A stretch of DNA of 61,930 nucleotides. Origin: Pirellulales bacterium. Lineage in GTDB: Bacteria > Planctomycetota > Planctomycetia > Pirellulales > UBA1268. The translations under genes and the position numbers were made by a program. A model generated the notes under the pieces. That model saw only the letters and a program-made list of their open reading frames with translations. It was not told the origin of the DNA and did not search any database. This document shows positions 1 through 10,340 of the stretch, piece after piece; the stretch's first letter is position 1; every line of letters begins with the position of its first letter. Where the stretch lies: the NCBI GenBank assembly GCA_040397685.1, contig JBBAVM010000003.1, positions 1-61,930 on the forward strand. The letters run 5' to 3'.

Positions 1-1040
1 GCCAGGAGCGGATCCCAGTCCTCGCCCCAGATCACCTTGATGACGTTCCAGCCGGCGCCGCGGAACACACCCTCGAGCTCCTGGATGATCTTGCCGTTGC
101 CGCGGACCGGGCCGTCGAGCCGCTGCAGGTTGCAGTTGATCACGAACACGAGGTTGTCGAGCTTCTCGCGGGCCGCGAGGGAGATCGCCCCGAGCGTCTC
201 GGGCTCGTCGGTCTCGCCGTCGCCGATGAAGCACCACACGTGCTGGCGGCTCGTGTCCTTGATGCCCCGGTCCTGCAGATACTTGTTGAACCGGGCCTGG
301 TAGATGGCCATGATCGGGCCGAGCCCCATCGAGACGGTGGGGAACTCCCAGAACTCCGGCATCAGCCAGGGATGCGGGTAGCTCGACAGGCCGCCGCCTG
401 GCGCGAGCTCGCGGCGGAAGTTCTCCAGGTTCTTCTCCGACAACCGTCCCTCGAGAAACGCCCGCGAGTAGATGCCCGGCGAGGCGTGGCCCTGGAAGTA
501 GACCTGGTCGCCCGAGTAGTCGTCGCCGCGGCCGCGGATGAAATGGTTCATCGCGACCTCGACGAGCGTGGCCGACGAGGCGAAGGTCGAGATGTGGCCG
601 CCGATGCTCTTGTCTTCCCGGTTGGCCCGGACGACCATCGCCATCGCGTTCCAGCGGATGATGCTCTTGATCCGTCGCTCGATCTCGCGGTTGCCCGGAT
701 ACGGGGGCTGCCGATCGGCCGGGATGGTGTTGATGTAGGGCGTCGTCGCGGAGAACGGGATCGCGACGCCCAGCCGATAGGCCTCCTGCTCGATGGCGTG
801 GAGGAGATAGGCGGCGCGGTCTCCGCCCCGGCTCGTGATCACGTAGCGGAGCGAGTCGAGCCACTCCCGGGTTTCCGTCGGGTCGGAATCGACCGCGGAG
901 ACGCCGTCGGCGATCTCCGGCTGGCCGCTGGCCGTCTCGCCGACCTGCCCGATCGACATCGGGGCATGGGCGCCCCGCGGCAGCCCGGGAACCTCGTCGG
1001 CGACATCGCTTCCAGACTGCTCGGTTTCGGGGCTGGCCAT
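1..1040 (-). CDS. aceE: Pyruvate dehydrogenase E1 component (homodimeric AceE type), N-terminal ~346 codons; gene continues past the window start
   Basis: Own minus-strand translation from ATG at 1040-1038 ([12 protein letters not shown]...). It reads ...[73 protein letters not shown], the ThDP-binding GDG...NCN signature of AceE. Absent from the ORF track because there is no stop inside the window. Confidence 0.85.
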   Translation of the reverse strand, partial: MASPETEQSGSDVADEVPGLPRGAHAPMSIGQVGETASGQPEIADGVSAVDSDPTETREWLDSLRYVITSRGGDRAAYLLHAIEQEAYRLGVAIPFSATTPYINTIPADRQPPYPGNREIERRIKSIIRWNAMAMVVRANREDKSIGGHISTFASSATLVEVAMNHFIRGRGDDYSGDQVYFQGHASPGIYSRAFLEGRLSEKNLENFRRELAPGGGLSSYPHPWLMPEFWEFPTVSMGLGPIMAIYQARFNKYLQDRGIKDTSRQHVWCFIGDGETDEPETLGAISLAAREKLDNLVFVINCNLQRLDGPVRGNGKIIQELEGVFRGAGWNVIKVIWGEDWDPLL

Positions 1041-1112
1041 GGTGGACTCCGGGAGTGCTATCGCGGCAGAACCTGCATTATCCGGCCATTTCCTCGCCCC
1101 GTAAAGGCCGAA

Positions 1113-2540
1113 TCACCGAGCCGCGGCATCGGTGCGCGGCCTGTAGATTTCGGTAGCGAGGCCGAAGTAATTCTCCGCCGAGAAGGCCACCGTCTCGCCG
1201 AGCGTCGGGTGCGGATGGATCGTTTCGGACAGGTCGCGGGCCGAGCAGCCCATCTCGATCGCGAGCGTTCCCTCGGCGACGAGTTCGCCCGCTCCCGGGC
1301 CCACCATGCCCACGCCGAGCACCGTGTCGGTCTCGGGATCGACGATGATCTTCGTCAGGCCCTCGGTCCGGCCGAGGGCCTGGGCCCGGCCGCTCGCCGC
1401 CCAGGGATAGCGGCTGATCTCGACCGTGCGGCCCTGCGCGGCCGCCTCGTTCTCGGTGAGCCCGGCCCACGCGATCTCGGGATCGGTGAACACCACGGCG
1501 GGGATCGCCCGTGGTGCGAAGAGCGCCGGCTCGCCGTGCAGCGACTCGACCGCCACCTTTCCCTGATGGCTGGCCCGGTGGGCGAGCATCGGCTCACCGC
1601 ACACGTCGCCGATCGCGAGGATCCGCGGGTCGGCCGTCCGCTGCCGCGCATCGACCTCGACGAAGCCCTTGGCGTTCACCATGGCCTTCGTATTCTCGAG
1701 CCCGAGCCCGTCGGAGTTGGGCCGGCGGCCCACCGCGACGAGCACGCGGGAAAAGTCGTGCACGCTCGGGCCGCCGGGCCCCTCGAAGTGCACGCGGATC
1801 GACTCGCCCTGATCCTCGAGCTTCACGACCTTCGTCTTGAGGTGGATCTTCTCGAACAGTTTTTCCAGCCGCGTCTGGAGCGGCTTCACGAGGTCGCGAT
1901 CGGCCCCCGGCAGGAGCGTGTCGGTGAGTTCGACGACCGACACCCGCGAGCCGAGCTCGGCGTAGACGGTGCCCATCTCGAGGCCGATGTAGCCGCCGCC
2001 GATGACCAGCAGCGACGCGGGAACGTCGGCCATGTCGAGGGCCTTCGTCGAGTCCATCACCCGCGGCGTCGGCAGGTCGAACGCGGGGATCTTCGCCGGC
2101 CGGGAACCACTCGCGAGGATGCAGTGGTCGAACGAGAGCGTCTGGCTCGGGCCGCCCGGCGTGGCGATCTCGAGCGTCGAGGAATTGGTGAACCTCGCGG
2201 TGCCGTGCACGACCGAGACGTTCCGCCGCTTCGCGAGCTGGGCGAGACCGCCAGTGAGCGTCGAGATCACCTTTTCCTTACGGCCCCGCAGGATGTCGAT
2301 GTCGATCGCGGGGCGGTCGAAGTGGATGCCCCACGCCTCCATTTCCCGGGCCTCCGCGAGCACGCGGCCGACGTGCAGAAGCGCCTTCGACGGAATGCAG
2401 CCGCGGAGCAGACAGGTGCCACCGAGCCGCTCGTCACGCTCCACCAGCGTGACCTGCATGCCGAGGTCGGCCGCCATGAACGCCGCCGCATACCCTCCCG
2501 GACCGCCTCCGAGAACCACCAGCGGAGCATGCGTTGCCAT
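1113..2540 (-). CDS. lpdA: Dihydrolipoyl dehydrogenase (E3 component)
   Basis: 475-aa ORF. FAD fold GGGPGGY, redox disulfide GGTCLLRGCIPSK, C-terminal HPHPTLGE motif. Lies directly upstream of aceE on the same strand. Confidence 0.92.
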   Translation of the reverse strand: MATHAPLVVLGGGPGGYAAAFMAADLGMQVTLVERDERLGGTCLLRGCIPSKALLHVGRVLAEAREMEAWGIHFDRPAIDIDILRGRKEKVISTLTGGLAQLAKRRNVSVVHGTARFTNSSTLEIATPGGPSQTLSFDHCILASGSRPAKIPAFDLPTPRVMDSTKALDMADVPASLLVIGGGYIGLEMGTVYAELGSRVSVVELTDTLLPGADRDLVKPLQTRLEKLFEKIHLKTKVVKLEDQGESIRVHFEGPGGPSVHDFSRVLVAVGRRPNSDGLGLENTKAMVNAKGFVEVDARQRTADPRILAIGDVCGEPMLAHRASHQGKVAVESLHGEPALFAPRAIPAVVFTDPEIAWAGLTENEAAAQGRTVEISRYPWAASGRAQALGRTEGLTKIIVDPETDTVLGVGMVGPGAGELVAEGTLAIEMGCSARDLSETIHPHPTLGETVAFSAENYFGLATEIYRPRTDAAAR

Positions 2541-2696
2541 GAGTCGTGAACCTGTCTCGGGGAGGTGGGGCGGGCGGGGAGGGGATCACGGCGATCGGGG
2601 GTCGCCGGAAACGTCGGGGTTGTTGTAGTTTCGCCGGCGGTTTCGGACAAGAAAACCGCCTGACTGGCGGGACTGCCGCACGATCCCCGGTGGTGC

Positions 2697-4199
2697 ATGG
2701 CACGTTTGGCACGGTCGGTGGCGACGTGGGCCGGTCGGACGTTCGGGCTCGATTTCCGCAGCCTGGCCTGCCTGCGGGCCGCGCTGGGCCTCGTCATCGT
2801 CGCCGACGCGGTGCTGCGCACGCGCGACCTCGCGCTCATGTTCGCCCCGGACGGGATGTTTCCGCTGGCCACGCTGCGGGAGTTCTTCGGCGACGGCTGG
2901 TCGTGGTCTCTCGGCTTCGTCGTCGATGCCACGTGGTGGGGCACCGCGCTCGTCGCGCTCGAGGGGCTCGCCGGGGCCGCGCTCGCCGTGGGCCTCGGCA
3001 CGCGCGTCGCCTCGTGCCTGGCCTGGGTCGCGGTGGTGAGCGTGCTGCGGCGCACCGCCCCGGCCACCAACGCGGGCGACGAATGGCTCGCCTGCCTGCT
3101 CTTCTGGGGCATGTTTCTGCCATGGGGAAAAACCTGGTCGATCGATGCGCGGAGGCGCCGCCGGTGTCCATGGGTCGGATCCGGCCCGGCCTGCTGTTCC
3201 CCCGCCACCATGGCCCTCGTCCTCCAGATCGCCGCGGTGTATCTCGGGGCCGCCCTCTCGAAATGGAACCCGACCTGGCTGTCCGGCGACGCCGTGGGGT
3301 GCGCGCTCTCGATCCACGACCATGGCACCGCCTGGGGCGACGCGCTCGCGAGGCATCCCGCGGTCTGCCGGCTGCTCACATGGGCGGTGTTGGGAATCGA
3401 AGTGGCGGCGCCCTGCCTCCTCGTGGCGACAGGCCGCCCCGCCGTGCGGATCGCGCTGGTCGCGATCTTCCTCGCGTTCCACGCGGCCACGGCCATGCTC
3501 ATGTCGCTCGGACTTTTCGCCTTCGTCGGCATGGCTGCCTGGCTGACCCTCGTTCCGACCGCGTGGTGGGACTCGTGGCTGGCTCCCGCGCGATTGCCGG
3601 CCCAAACCGCCGCGCCGCTCCCCGCCGCGGGACCGCGGTCGGGAGCGTGGCTGGAATCCGCGACCGTGGTGGCGGCGATCGGGGTTGCCAGCGCCGCGTT
3701 CCTCCACGCCAACACGCCGCTGCGCGCGGTGCCATTGCCAATGCCGCTCACGGCTGCCGTGCGCGCGACCTGCCTCGGGCAGGACTGGGGCATGTTCGGC
3801 GAAGTGCGCTGCCAGCGGCAGTGGGTCTTTGGCCGCGGGGTGCTGGCCGATGGCCGTGCCGTGGACGTGCTGCGGACCGGCCGCCCGCTCGAGGCAACGC
3901 TTCCCGCCGGTGGCTTCACCTCGCTGCCGCACCACCGCTGGCACAAACTCTTCTGGGAGTTGCCGGAGCCGGACCGCCGGGCGTTCGCCCCCGGTGTCGC
4001 GGCGGCGCTCGCCCGTGCGTGGAACCACAGCCATCCCCCGGAGGAGCAGCTCGTCGCGCTCGAACTGCGGGCGGTGCGCCTGCTCGACGAGCGTGCCGGC
4101 GGCACGCGGCACGAACTGCTTCTCGCCTCGTGGCCGCCGCGGGACGGCGCCGGGCAGGGCAGCCTCGACCGCTGGCTCGAGGAGCGAACGCCGCGGTGA
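2697..4199 (+). CDS. HTTM-domain (vitamin-K carboxylase / SdpB-like) polytopic membrane protein
   Basis: 500-aa ORF. N-terminal FGLDFRSLACLRAALGLVIV followed by multiple hydrophobic helices, typical of HTTM domains. C-terminal ~200-aa soluble part. Family assignment is by motif recall only. Confidence 0.6.
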   Translation: MARLARSVATWAGRTFGLDFRSLACLRAALGLVIVADAVLRTRDLALMFAPDGMFPLATLREFFGDGWSWSLGFVVDATWWGTALVALEGLAGAALAVGLGTRVASCLAWVAVVSVLRRTAPATNAGDEWLACLLFWGMFLPWGKTWSIDARRRRRCPWVGSGPACCSPATMALVLQIAAVYLGAALSKWNPTWLSGDAVGCALSIHDHGTAWGDALARHPAVCRLLTWAVLGIEVAAPCLLVATGRPAVRIALVAIFLAFHAATAMLMSLGLFAFVGMAAWLTLVPTAWWDSWLAPARLPAQTAAPLPAAGPRSGAWLESATVVAAIGVASAAFLHANTPLRAVPLPMPLTAAVRATCLGQDWGMFGEVRCQRQWVFGRGVLADGRAVDVLRTGRPLEATLPAGGFTSLPHHRWHKLFWELPEPDRRAFAPGVAAALARAWNHSHPPEEQLVALELRAVRLLDERAGGTRHELLLASWPPRDGAGQGSLDRWLEERTPR

Positions 4200-4247
4200 A
4201 TTGCCGCCGCCCCGAACCGGTGGCACACTGGCCGGATCAGGTCGCGG

Positions 4248-4329
4248 GCGAGAGTGGCGAAACTGGCAGACGCGCTGGATTTAGGTTCCAGTGCCGCAAG
4301 GCGTGCGGGTTCGACTCCCGCCTCTCGCA
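4248..4329 (+). tRNA. tRNA-Leu (anticodon UAG)
   Basis: Hand-folded cloverleaf. Acceptor gcgagag/ctctcgc; D arm gcg..cgc; anticodon stem ctgga/tccag with loop ttTAGgt; long variable arm tgccgcaaggcgtg; T arm cgggttcgactcccg; discriminator A. No encoded CCA. Confidence 0.9.
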
Positions 4330-4373
4330 GTCATGACGCGGTTCGGCACGGCCCGACGTTGCGTCGCGTGGAG

Positions 4374-5366
4374 TTACCGCAGCGGGTTGCGGACGCGGGG
4401 CTTTGCCTGCATGGGCTGCTTCGCGGGAGAATGGACCGCCTCGGACGGCCGGGCTCCCGTCGATTCCGATACCGATTCCGCATAGGCGGTTCGACTCACG
4501 GTCTCGGCAGGCTCATCGGCCGCCGACTCGACCTGGGCTGCGGCCGATATGGCTGAACCGGCCGCACGTGCGGGGCGATGTGCGTGCTGGCGGATCGCTT
4601 CCTGGCGCATCCGCTCGTGGTTCCTGGCAGCCTGCTGCAGGATCGCGAAGCGTTCCCGGGCACGCCGCTGCACCGCGGCCTCGTCGAACAGGTTGTCCTC
4701 CGCGGACTTCTCCTTCGACTCCTTCGGCTGGTCAGGCGCCTGCTTCTCCGGACGTTCGGCGGGTTTCGCCTCCGGAGTGGCCGCATCTGGTTCGGGCAGC
4801 GTGGCGGGGGGCGATTCGGGCTCCGGCGCTCGCGTCGGCGGCATCACGTCGGCCTCAGGCTCCGGTGCCGGCGGCTCGAAATCCGGGATCGGCGACTCCT
4901 CGTCGGCGGACGGCACCTCGGACCTCGGCGGCATGACGGGCGCCGCGGGCTCCTCGTGCGCCGCGTGCATCACGCCGTGGCCGGGCCAGGTCCGCCATTG
5001 CGTTCCATAGAAGCCGAAACTCGCCGGACGAACCGGGCAACAGGCGGGGCAGCCCGGAATCTCGCAGCCCCCGTTGCGGCAGGCACCGTGGCCACACCGC
5101 CCATGGGCACACCGGCCCGTGGCGCACGCATGTCCGCCCCGCGCGGGCTGCGGGTGGACGCGGCTCGCCGCCGGCTGGCGGGCATGCGACGCGGCTGCCG
5201 CGTGCACGACCGGCGCCGTCCCGCCCACGCTCCCGGGAATCGCCGACATCAGTTCGCTTGCGGAGACTCCGCCCCCGCCGATCACCACGACACTGCATGC
5301 CAAGGCCAGGCACACACGACGGCGATATCGAACCGCAGCGGCCGGGAGGGAGATGGGGGATGCCAT
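4374..5366 (-). CDS. Secreted hypothetical protein with a Cys/His-rich cluster and a Pro/Glu-rich tail
   Basis: 330-aa ORF. N-terminal RRRVCLALACSVVVIGGGG signal-like segment. Cluster HACATGRCAHGRCGHGACRNGGCEIPGCPACCP, then a low-complexity PE-rich region and a basic helical C-terminus. No recognisable family. Confidence 0.55.
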   Translation of the reverse strand: MASPISLPAAAVRYRRRVCLALACSVVVIGGGGVSASELMSAIPGSVGGTAPVVHAAAASHARQPAASRVHPQPARGGHACATGRCAHGRCGHGACRNGGCEIPGCPACCPVRPASFGFYGTQWRTWPGHGVMHAAHEEPAAPVMPPRSEVPSADEESPIPDFEPPAPEPEADVMPPTRAPEPESPPATLPEPDAATPEAKPAERPEKQAPDQPKESKEKSAEDNLFDEAAVQRRARERFAILQQAARNHERMRQEAIRQHAHRPARAAGSAISAAAQVESAADEPAETVSRTAYAESVSESTGARPSEAVHSPAKQPMQAKPRVRNPLR

Positions 5367-5659
5367 GGAAATGCCTGATGCGTCAGGGCGTCAAAGTCCG
5401 CACGATCGGAATCTTCGTTGCCTGGATGTATCGACAGGGCAGGCCGGCGATCTTCGGTGGAATTTTCCGGTCCGAGGCTCCGCCCCACCCCCTGGCCCAC
5501 CCCACACTGCCCCGGGTTGCCGTAGATCGCCCAATCTCTCCGCGAGCGGGCCGAAAGCCGGGCCACGCCGGGAGTGGCGGGAGCACCGCGGGTTTCGGGT
5601 AGGATGCTCGCGGGGCGGTTTTGCCCCTCCTTCGGCCGCGCACTCGCCATCACAACGCC

Positions 5660-8600
5660 ATGAAAAAGATCAATCTCCGGCTGTTGCTCATCCTGGTCGC
5701 GGTCGTCGTGGGCGGCTGCGTCGGCGTCGTCCTCCTCCACCGCTTCCAAGTCACGCGGAACGCCGGCGCCCTGGCCAAACTCGCGCGGGCCAAACTCGCC
5801 GAAGGCAAGAACGGCGAGGCCCTCACCCTGTTCACCCGCTACGTCGCGTATCGCCCCGACGACGGGGACGCCTACGCGGAGTTCGCCGGTCTCGTCCTCG
5901 ATCGAGCGGAGGCACCGGGCGCGACCCGCAACGACGTCGCCCGAGCCTACGGGGTGCTGGAGACGGCCGTCCGGCGCAATCCGGATGACGACGCCCTGCG
6001 GCAGCGGCTGGCCGGATTTCAGATGCGGATCGGCCGGTTCGGAGACGCCCGCGAGCACCTGCGGATCCTGCGAGCCAAGCACGCGGCCGCGGACGGCGCC
6101 CCTGCGAGCGGCGATGCCGAGGCCCCCGGAACCGCCGCCGCGACCGATCGGTCCGAGAAGGATCGCACCGAGATCGATCTGCTGCTCGCGCGGTCCTGGG
6201 CGGGCACCGGCGACTTCGAGGAGGCGGCGAACCTCGCGAGCCAGTTGATCGGCTTCGACCTCGAGAAGAAATCGTTCGCCCCCGACCGCAAGGCCAAGGA
6301 CGGCAGCACCGAGGCGTTCATCCTCCTCGCCGCGATCCTGCAGGAGAAGTTCGAGGACGCCGCCACGGCCGACAAGGTGCTCGCCGAGCTCGTGAAGTCG
6401 AATGCCGACGACCCGCAGGCCTGGCTGGCGCTCGCCCGCTGGCATCGGCAGCGGGGCAACCTCGCCGCGGCCAAGCAGGATGTGGCGCAGGCGACCCGCC
6501 TCGCCCCGGAGGACGTCGAGACGCTGCTCGCCGCCTTCGAGATCGCACTCGCCGAGAAGGATTACGCCGCGGCACAGAAGGTCGTCGATCGGGGCATGAA
6601 GCGGCCCGAGACCGACGAGCGGCTGGTGCGCGCCGCGGCGATCCTCGCGCTCCAGCAGCAGCAGCCGGAGGTCGCCGTGAAGGTGCTCGACGAGGGCATC
6701 GACGCGCTGCCCGGCCGGCCAGCGCTCCTCCTGATGCTCGCCGACTCGCTCCTGCAGACCAACGACATCCGCCGGGTCGAGCAGACGATCGGACGGCTCA
6801 AGGAGTCGCTCGGGGCGGGCAGCCCTGCGGTCGGCCTGCTCGAGGCCCGGGTGCTCATCGCCGAGCAACGCTGGCTCCAGGCGCGGCAAAAACTCGAGCG
6901 TGTCCGCCCGCTCGTGGCGGGCTCGACAGATCTCACGCGGCAGGTCGATCTCTACCTCGGGCAGTGCCACGAGCAACTGGGAGAATTCGACGAGCAATTG
7001 GAGGCGAATCGTCGCGTCCTGACCGACGACCCGTCGTCGCTCGCCGCCCGCGTGGGCGCCGCGTCGGCGCTCGTCGCGGCGGGGAAGCCGGATGAGGCCT
7101 TGCAGGAGTTCGAGCTGGTGGCCAATGCGATCCCGCGCGACCGTCTCGCCTCCATCCCGCAGGTCTGGAACCCGTTGCTGCAGCTCCGGGTCGCCGCGCA
7201 GATGAAGCGGCCGGCGGCGGAACGCGACTGGTCGGCGATCGACGACCTGCTCGACACGCTGCAACAGTCGGCCAGCATCGGCGACACGCAGATCGCCCTC
7301 CTGCGGGCCGACGTGCTCGTGCGCAAAGGAGAAGCCGCCACCGCCGTCGATCTCCTCACGACTGCTTCCGAGGCCAACCCGAAAGATCCGCAGCTCATCG
7401 CGGCCCTCACGACGCTCGCCCTCCGCGACAACGACGTCGAGCGGGCCCGAGCCGCGCTCGGCCGGGCCGACAAGGCGTCGGCCGACAGCCCCGCGCTCTT
7501 GCTGATCGAGGCCCAGCTCGCAGCCCGCGCCCCGGCCGAGGAGGCGGCGCAGGCGCTCGACGGCCTCGAACGTCGGAGCGAGTCGCTGCCAGCGGCCGAG
7601 GCGTCGCGGGTGTTGTCGGCACTGGCGTCGGTCCGGCTGGGCATGGGAGACGCTGCGGCGGCCGAGCGGCTCTGGACCAAGGCCCTGACCCGGACCCCGG
7701 AAGACCTGCGGCTGCAGTGGACGCTGTTCGAAATCGCCCGCGAACGCGGCGACCTCGAAGCCATGCAGGGCCGCGTCGCCGAGATCGCCAAGGCGGCCGG
7801 CGAGACGAGCCCGCAGGCCCGCGTCGCCAAGGCGAGTCTCCTCATCCAACGGGTCCGCGACACGCAGCAGAAAAAGCTCACCCGCGACCAGACCGTCCTC
7901 GAACTCTCCGCGGCCGAGCGGCTCGCCGTGGACGAGGCCCGCAACCTGCTCGTCGAGGCCGAGAACGACCGCCCGGGCTGGGCTCAGATCCAGCAACTGT
8001 TCGCCGACATCGCGGGCCTCCGCGGCGACCTGCCGGCGGCGATCGACCACCTGCAGCGGGCCAGCCGCATGGGCCCGCCGAACCCCGGGCTGATCCGCCA
8101 GCTCGTCGGCCTGCTGTATGCGTCGAACCGGTTCGACGAGGCGCAGCAGGCCATCGCACGGCTGGGACCGGAGGGGCTCGGCGGCTTCGAACGGATCACC
8201 GCCGAGATGGAACTGCGCTCCGGCAACATCGACGAGGCCGTGGCCCTCGCGGAGAAGAGCGTCTCGACCGACTCGACGAATGCGGGCGAGCTGCTCTGGC
8301 TCGGCCAACTGCTCAGCCGCTCCGGCAAGGCCGAGCGGGCCGAGTCGGTGCTCGAGCGGGCGGTCGAGCAGAGCCCCGCCCTCGCCGAGGCGTGGATGGC
8401 ACTCTTCACCCACCAGTTCGCGACCGGCAAGCGGCGGATCGCGGAGCGCACGCTCGAACGGGCGGCGCAGGCCCTGGAGGAGCCGAATCGCCAGCTCGTC
8501 GAAGCCCAGGGCTACGAGATGCTCGGCCGGCTCGACGACGCCGAACGATGCTACCGCGAAGCCGTCGCCGCCACCCCGGCCGACTCCACCGCCGCGCGGG

Positions 8601-10048
8601 GCCTGGCATCGTTCCTCATCCGGCGCGGCCGGCTGAACCCCGCCCGCGACACGCTCCGCGCCATCATCGATGCGGCGGACGACTCGCCGGGAGGCAGATC
8701 GACGAAGATCTGGGCCCGCCGCTCGCTCGCGCAATTGACCGCCGACATGGGGGGCTACAAGTCGCTCGAACAGGCGCTCACGATCCTCGACGGCAACCGG
8801 GGCGCCGACGGCAAACTCGGACCGGACGATGTCGCCTTGCAGGTGACCCTGTTGGCCGATCGCCCGGAGCCCGCCAGCTGGCGGCGGGCGATCACGCTCC
8901 TGGAGACGCTCGGCCGCTCGCAGCCGCTGTCGTCGAGCCAGCGGCTCCAACTCGCCCAGTTGCGCGAACGGGCCGGCCGCTGGTCGGAGTGCCGCGATGA
9001 GATGATCTCGCTCGTGGCGGCGCCGAACGCGCCGCCCTCGATGCTCGGTCTCCTGATCGAGCGGCTGATCGAGCACGGCGAGCTTTCTTCGGCGAAGACC
9101 TGGCTCACGAAGCTCAAGGCGACCGCGCCCGAGTCGCCCGTCTCGCTCGCGCTCGAGGCGCGTCTGGCGATCGCGGAGAAGGACCGGCCCACGGCCGTGG
9201 CCGCGGCGAGAAAACTGATGCCCTCCGGCGACGTGCCGCTCGAGCAGATGGGGCAGCTGGTGGCCGTCGCGAAACTCATGGAGGAACTCGGGTTTCCGAA
9301 GGCGGCCGACAAGGTGCTCGCCGAGTACGCCGGCCGCGTGCCGAATGGAACGCTCGAGCGGGCCGAGTTTCTCGGCCGCCAGCACCGCGTCGCCGAGGCA
9401 CTCGATCTGCTCGAGACCGCCTGGAGCAGGCTGCCGCTCGCCCGCGTGCTCCAGTCGGCGCTCGCGGTGCTGCGCAGCCAGGCGGGCAAGGCGGATGCCG
9501 AGGCGCTGGCACGGGTGTCGCAGTGGTTCGCCCGGGCCCGCCGCGAGGATCCCGACGCCGTCGTGCTCGAACTCCTCAACGCCGAACTCCTCGACCTCGA
9601 GGGGCGGCCCCAGGACGTCGAGCGGGCCTACCGCGAGATTCTCGGCCGCAAGGATCTGGGGGGCCAGCAGGCGGCGATCGTGGCCAACAACCTCGCCTTC
9701 CACCTCGCCCGGCCCGAGACGGTGGACGAGGCGAAAAAACTGATCGACGAGGCGATGCTGGAACTCGGGCCTCATCCCGACCTGCTCGACACCCGTGGGG
9801 TGGTGCGGCTCGCCGCGGGCGACGTCCGCCCCGCGCTCGCCGATCTCGAGGAGGCGGCGCTCGATCCGTCGCCGCTCAAACTCCTCCACCTCGCCACCGC
9901 GCAGGTGGCAAACAAGCAGGTCGCGGCCGCCCGCCAGTCGATCGCTCGGGCGAAGCAACTCGGCCTCGTCCCCGAGCAACTCCCGGCTTCCGACCGGGCC
10001 CGCTACGACCAGGTCGAAGCTGCGCTGCAGTCGGCGCCCGGGGCTTGA
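5660..10048 (+). CDS. Very large membrane-anchored tetratricopeptide-repeat protein (1462 aa)
   Basis: Frame of ORF 5621..10048. Start placed at MKKINLRLLLILVAVVVGGCVGVVLL (signal anchor). The rest is continuous TPR-like A/L/E/R-rich helical repeats. Confidence 0.8.
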   Translation: MKKINLRLLLILVAVVVGGCVGVVLLHRFQVTRNAGALAKLARAKLAEGKNGEALTLFTRYVAYRPDDGDAYAEFAGLVLDRAEAPGATRNDVARAYGVLETAVRRNPDDDALRQRLAGFQMRIGRFGDAREHLRILRAKHAAADGAPASGDAEAPGTAAATDRSEKDRTEIDLLLARSWAGTGDFEEAANLASQLIGFDLEKKSFAPDRKAKDGSTEAFILLAAILQEKFEDAATADKVLAELVKSNADDPQAWLALARWHRQRGNLAAAKQDVAQATRLAPEDVETLLAAFEIALAEKDYAAAQKVVDRGMKRPETDERLVRAAAILALQQQQPEVAVKVLDEGIDALPGRPALLLMLADSLLQTNDIRRVEQTIGRLKESLGAGSPAVGLLEARVLIAEQRWLQARQKLERVRPLVAGSTDLTRQVDLYLGQCHEQLGEFDEQLEANRRVLTDDPSSLAARVGAASALVAAGKPDEALQEFELVANAIPRDRLASIPQVWNPLLQLRVAAQMKRPAAERDWSAIDDLLDTLQQSASIGDTQIALLRADVLVRKGEAATAVDLLTTASEANPKDPQLIAALTTLALRDNDVERARAALGRADKASADSPALLLIEAQLAARAPAEEAAQALDGLERRSESLPAAEASRVLSALASVRLGMGDAAAAERLWTKALTRTPEDLRLQWTLFEIARERGDLEAMQGRVAEIAKAAGETSPQARVAKASLLIQRVRDTQQKKLTRDQTVLELSAAERLAVDEARNLLVEAENDRPGWAQIQQLFADIAGLRGDLPAAIDHLQRASRMGPPNPGLIRQLVGLLYASNRFDEAQQAIARLGPEGLGGFERITAEMELRSGNIDEAVALAEKSVSTDSTNAGELLWLGQLLSRSGKAERAESVLERAVEQSPALAEAWMALFTHQFATGKRRIAERTLERAAQALEEPNRQLVEAQGYEMLGRLDDAERCYREAVAATPADSTAARGLASFLIRRGRLNPARDTLRAIIDAADDSPGGRSTKIWARRSLAQLTADMGGYKSLEQALTILDGNRGADGKLGPDDVALQVTLLADRPEPASWRRAITLLETLGRSQPLSSSQRLQLAQLRERAGRWSECRDEMISLVAAPNAPPSMLGLLIERLIEHGELSSAKTWLTKLKATAPESPVSLALEARLAIAEKDRPTAVAAARKLMPSGDVPLEQMGQLVAVAKLMEELGFPKAADKVLAEYAGRVPNGTLERAEFLGRQHRVAEALDLLETAWSRLPLARVLQSALAVLRSQAGKADAEALARVSQWFARARREDPDAVVLELLNAELLDLEGRPQDVERAYREILGRKDLGGQQAAIVANNLAFHLARPETVDEAKKLIDEAMLELGPHPDLLDTRGVVRLAAGDVRPALADLEEAALDPSPLKLLHLATAQVANKQVAAARQSIARAKQLGLVPEQLPASDRARYDQVEAALQSAPGA

Positions 10049-10057
10049 TGCTTGATA

Positions 10058-10113
10058 CACGGGAATGCTCGGCGTCGTGCCGACATTCCCGTGGCACGAT
10101 CCAAATTTTCCCC
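10058..10113 (+). terminator. Possible intrinsic terminator after the TPR gene
   Basis: Hairpin cacgggaatg-(c tcggc gtcgt gccga)-cattcccgtg starting 10 nt after the stop. A short T-run (aaattttcc) lies ~10 nt downstream; this spacing is not ideal. Confidence 0.35.
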
Positions 10114-10138
10114 TGAAGTGGCACACCTCCGCAACGCA

Positions 10139-10278
10139 AGCCCAAAGCGCAAGCGAGGGAGTCCGGGGCGCACATCACACGTTCCCTCGCTTGCGCTTCG
10201 GGCTTCCGTGAACATGAACGCTGCGGGCTTCCGTGAAACCGCTGCGGGCTTCCGCAAACGTGGGCGCTGCGGGCTTCC
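10139..10278. repeat. Hairpin-plus-array intergenic repeat, locus 1
   Basis: Arms agcccaaagcgcaagcgaggga (10139-10160) and tccctcgcttgcgcttcgggct (10183-10204), with one mismatch. Followed by three spaced copies of gctgcgggcttcc (10220, 10241, 10266). Confidence 0.8.
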
Positions 10279-10340
10279 TTGAATTGATTGCTCAACCGGC
10301 AAGAAGGCTTTCTGCCCCGGCAGACTTGTTCCAGAGTCTG

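Noticed and set aside
240-2549. 769-aa plus-strand ORF spanning the aceE/lpdA region
   Set aside because: It is antisense to two genes with unmistakable AceE and Lpd motifs. Its translation is Arg/Gly/Asp/Pro-rich shadow sequence, typical of the opposite strand in high-GC DNA.
2697-2712. TGGCAC-containing sequence (atggcacgtttggcacgg) as a sigma54 promoter; similarly tggagccgcgcaggca at 13285-13300
   Set aside because: The first has the wrong GG-to-GC spacing and lies inside the HTTM coding start. The second matches the spacing but overlaps the binding-protein ATG, so transcription would start inside the gene.
5282-10126. 1614-aa minus-strand ORF
   Set aside because: It is antisense to the TPR gene. 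It has no motifs and an Arg/Gly/Leu/Glu-rich composition, so it is a shadow ORF.
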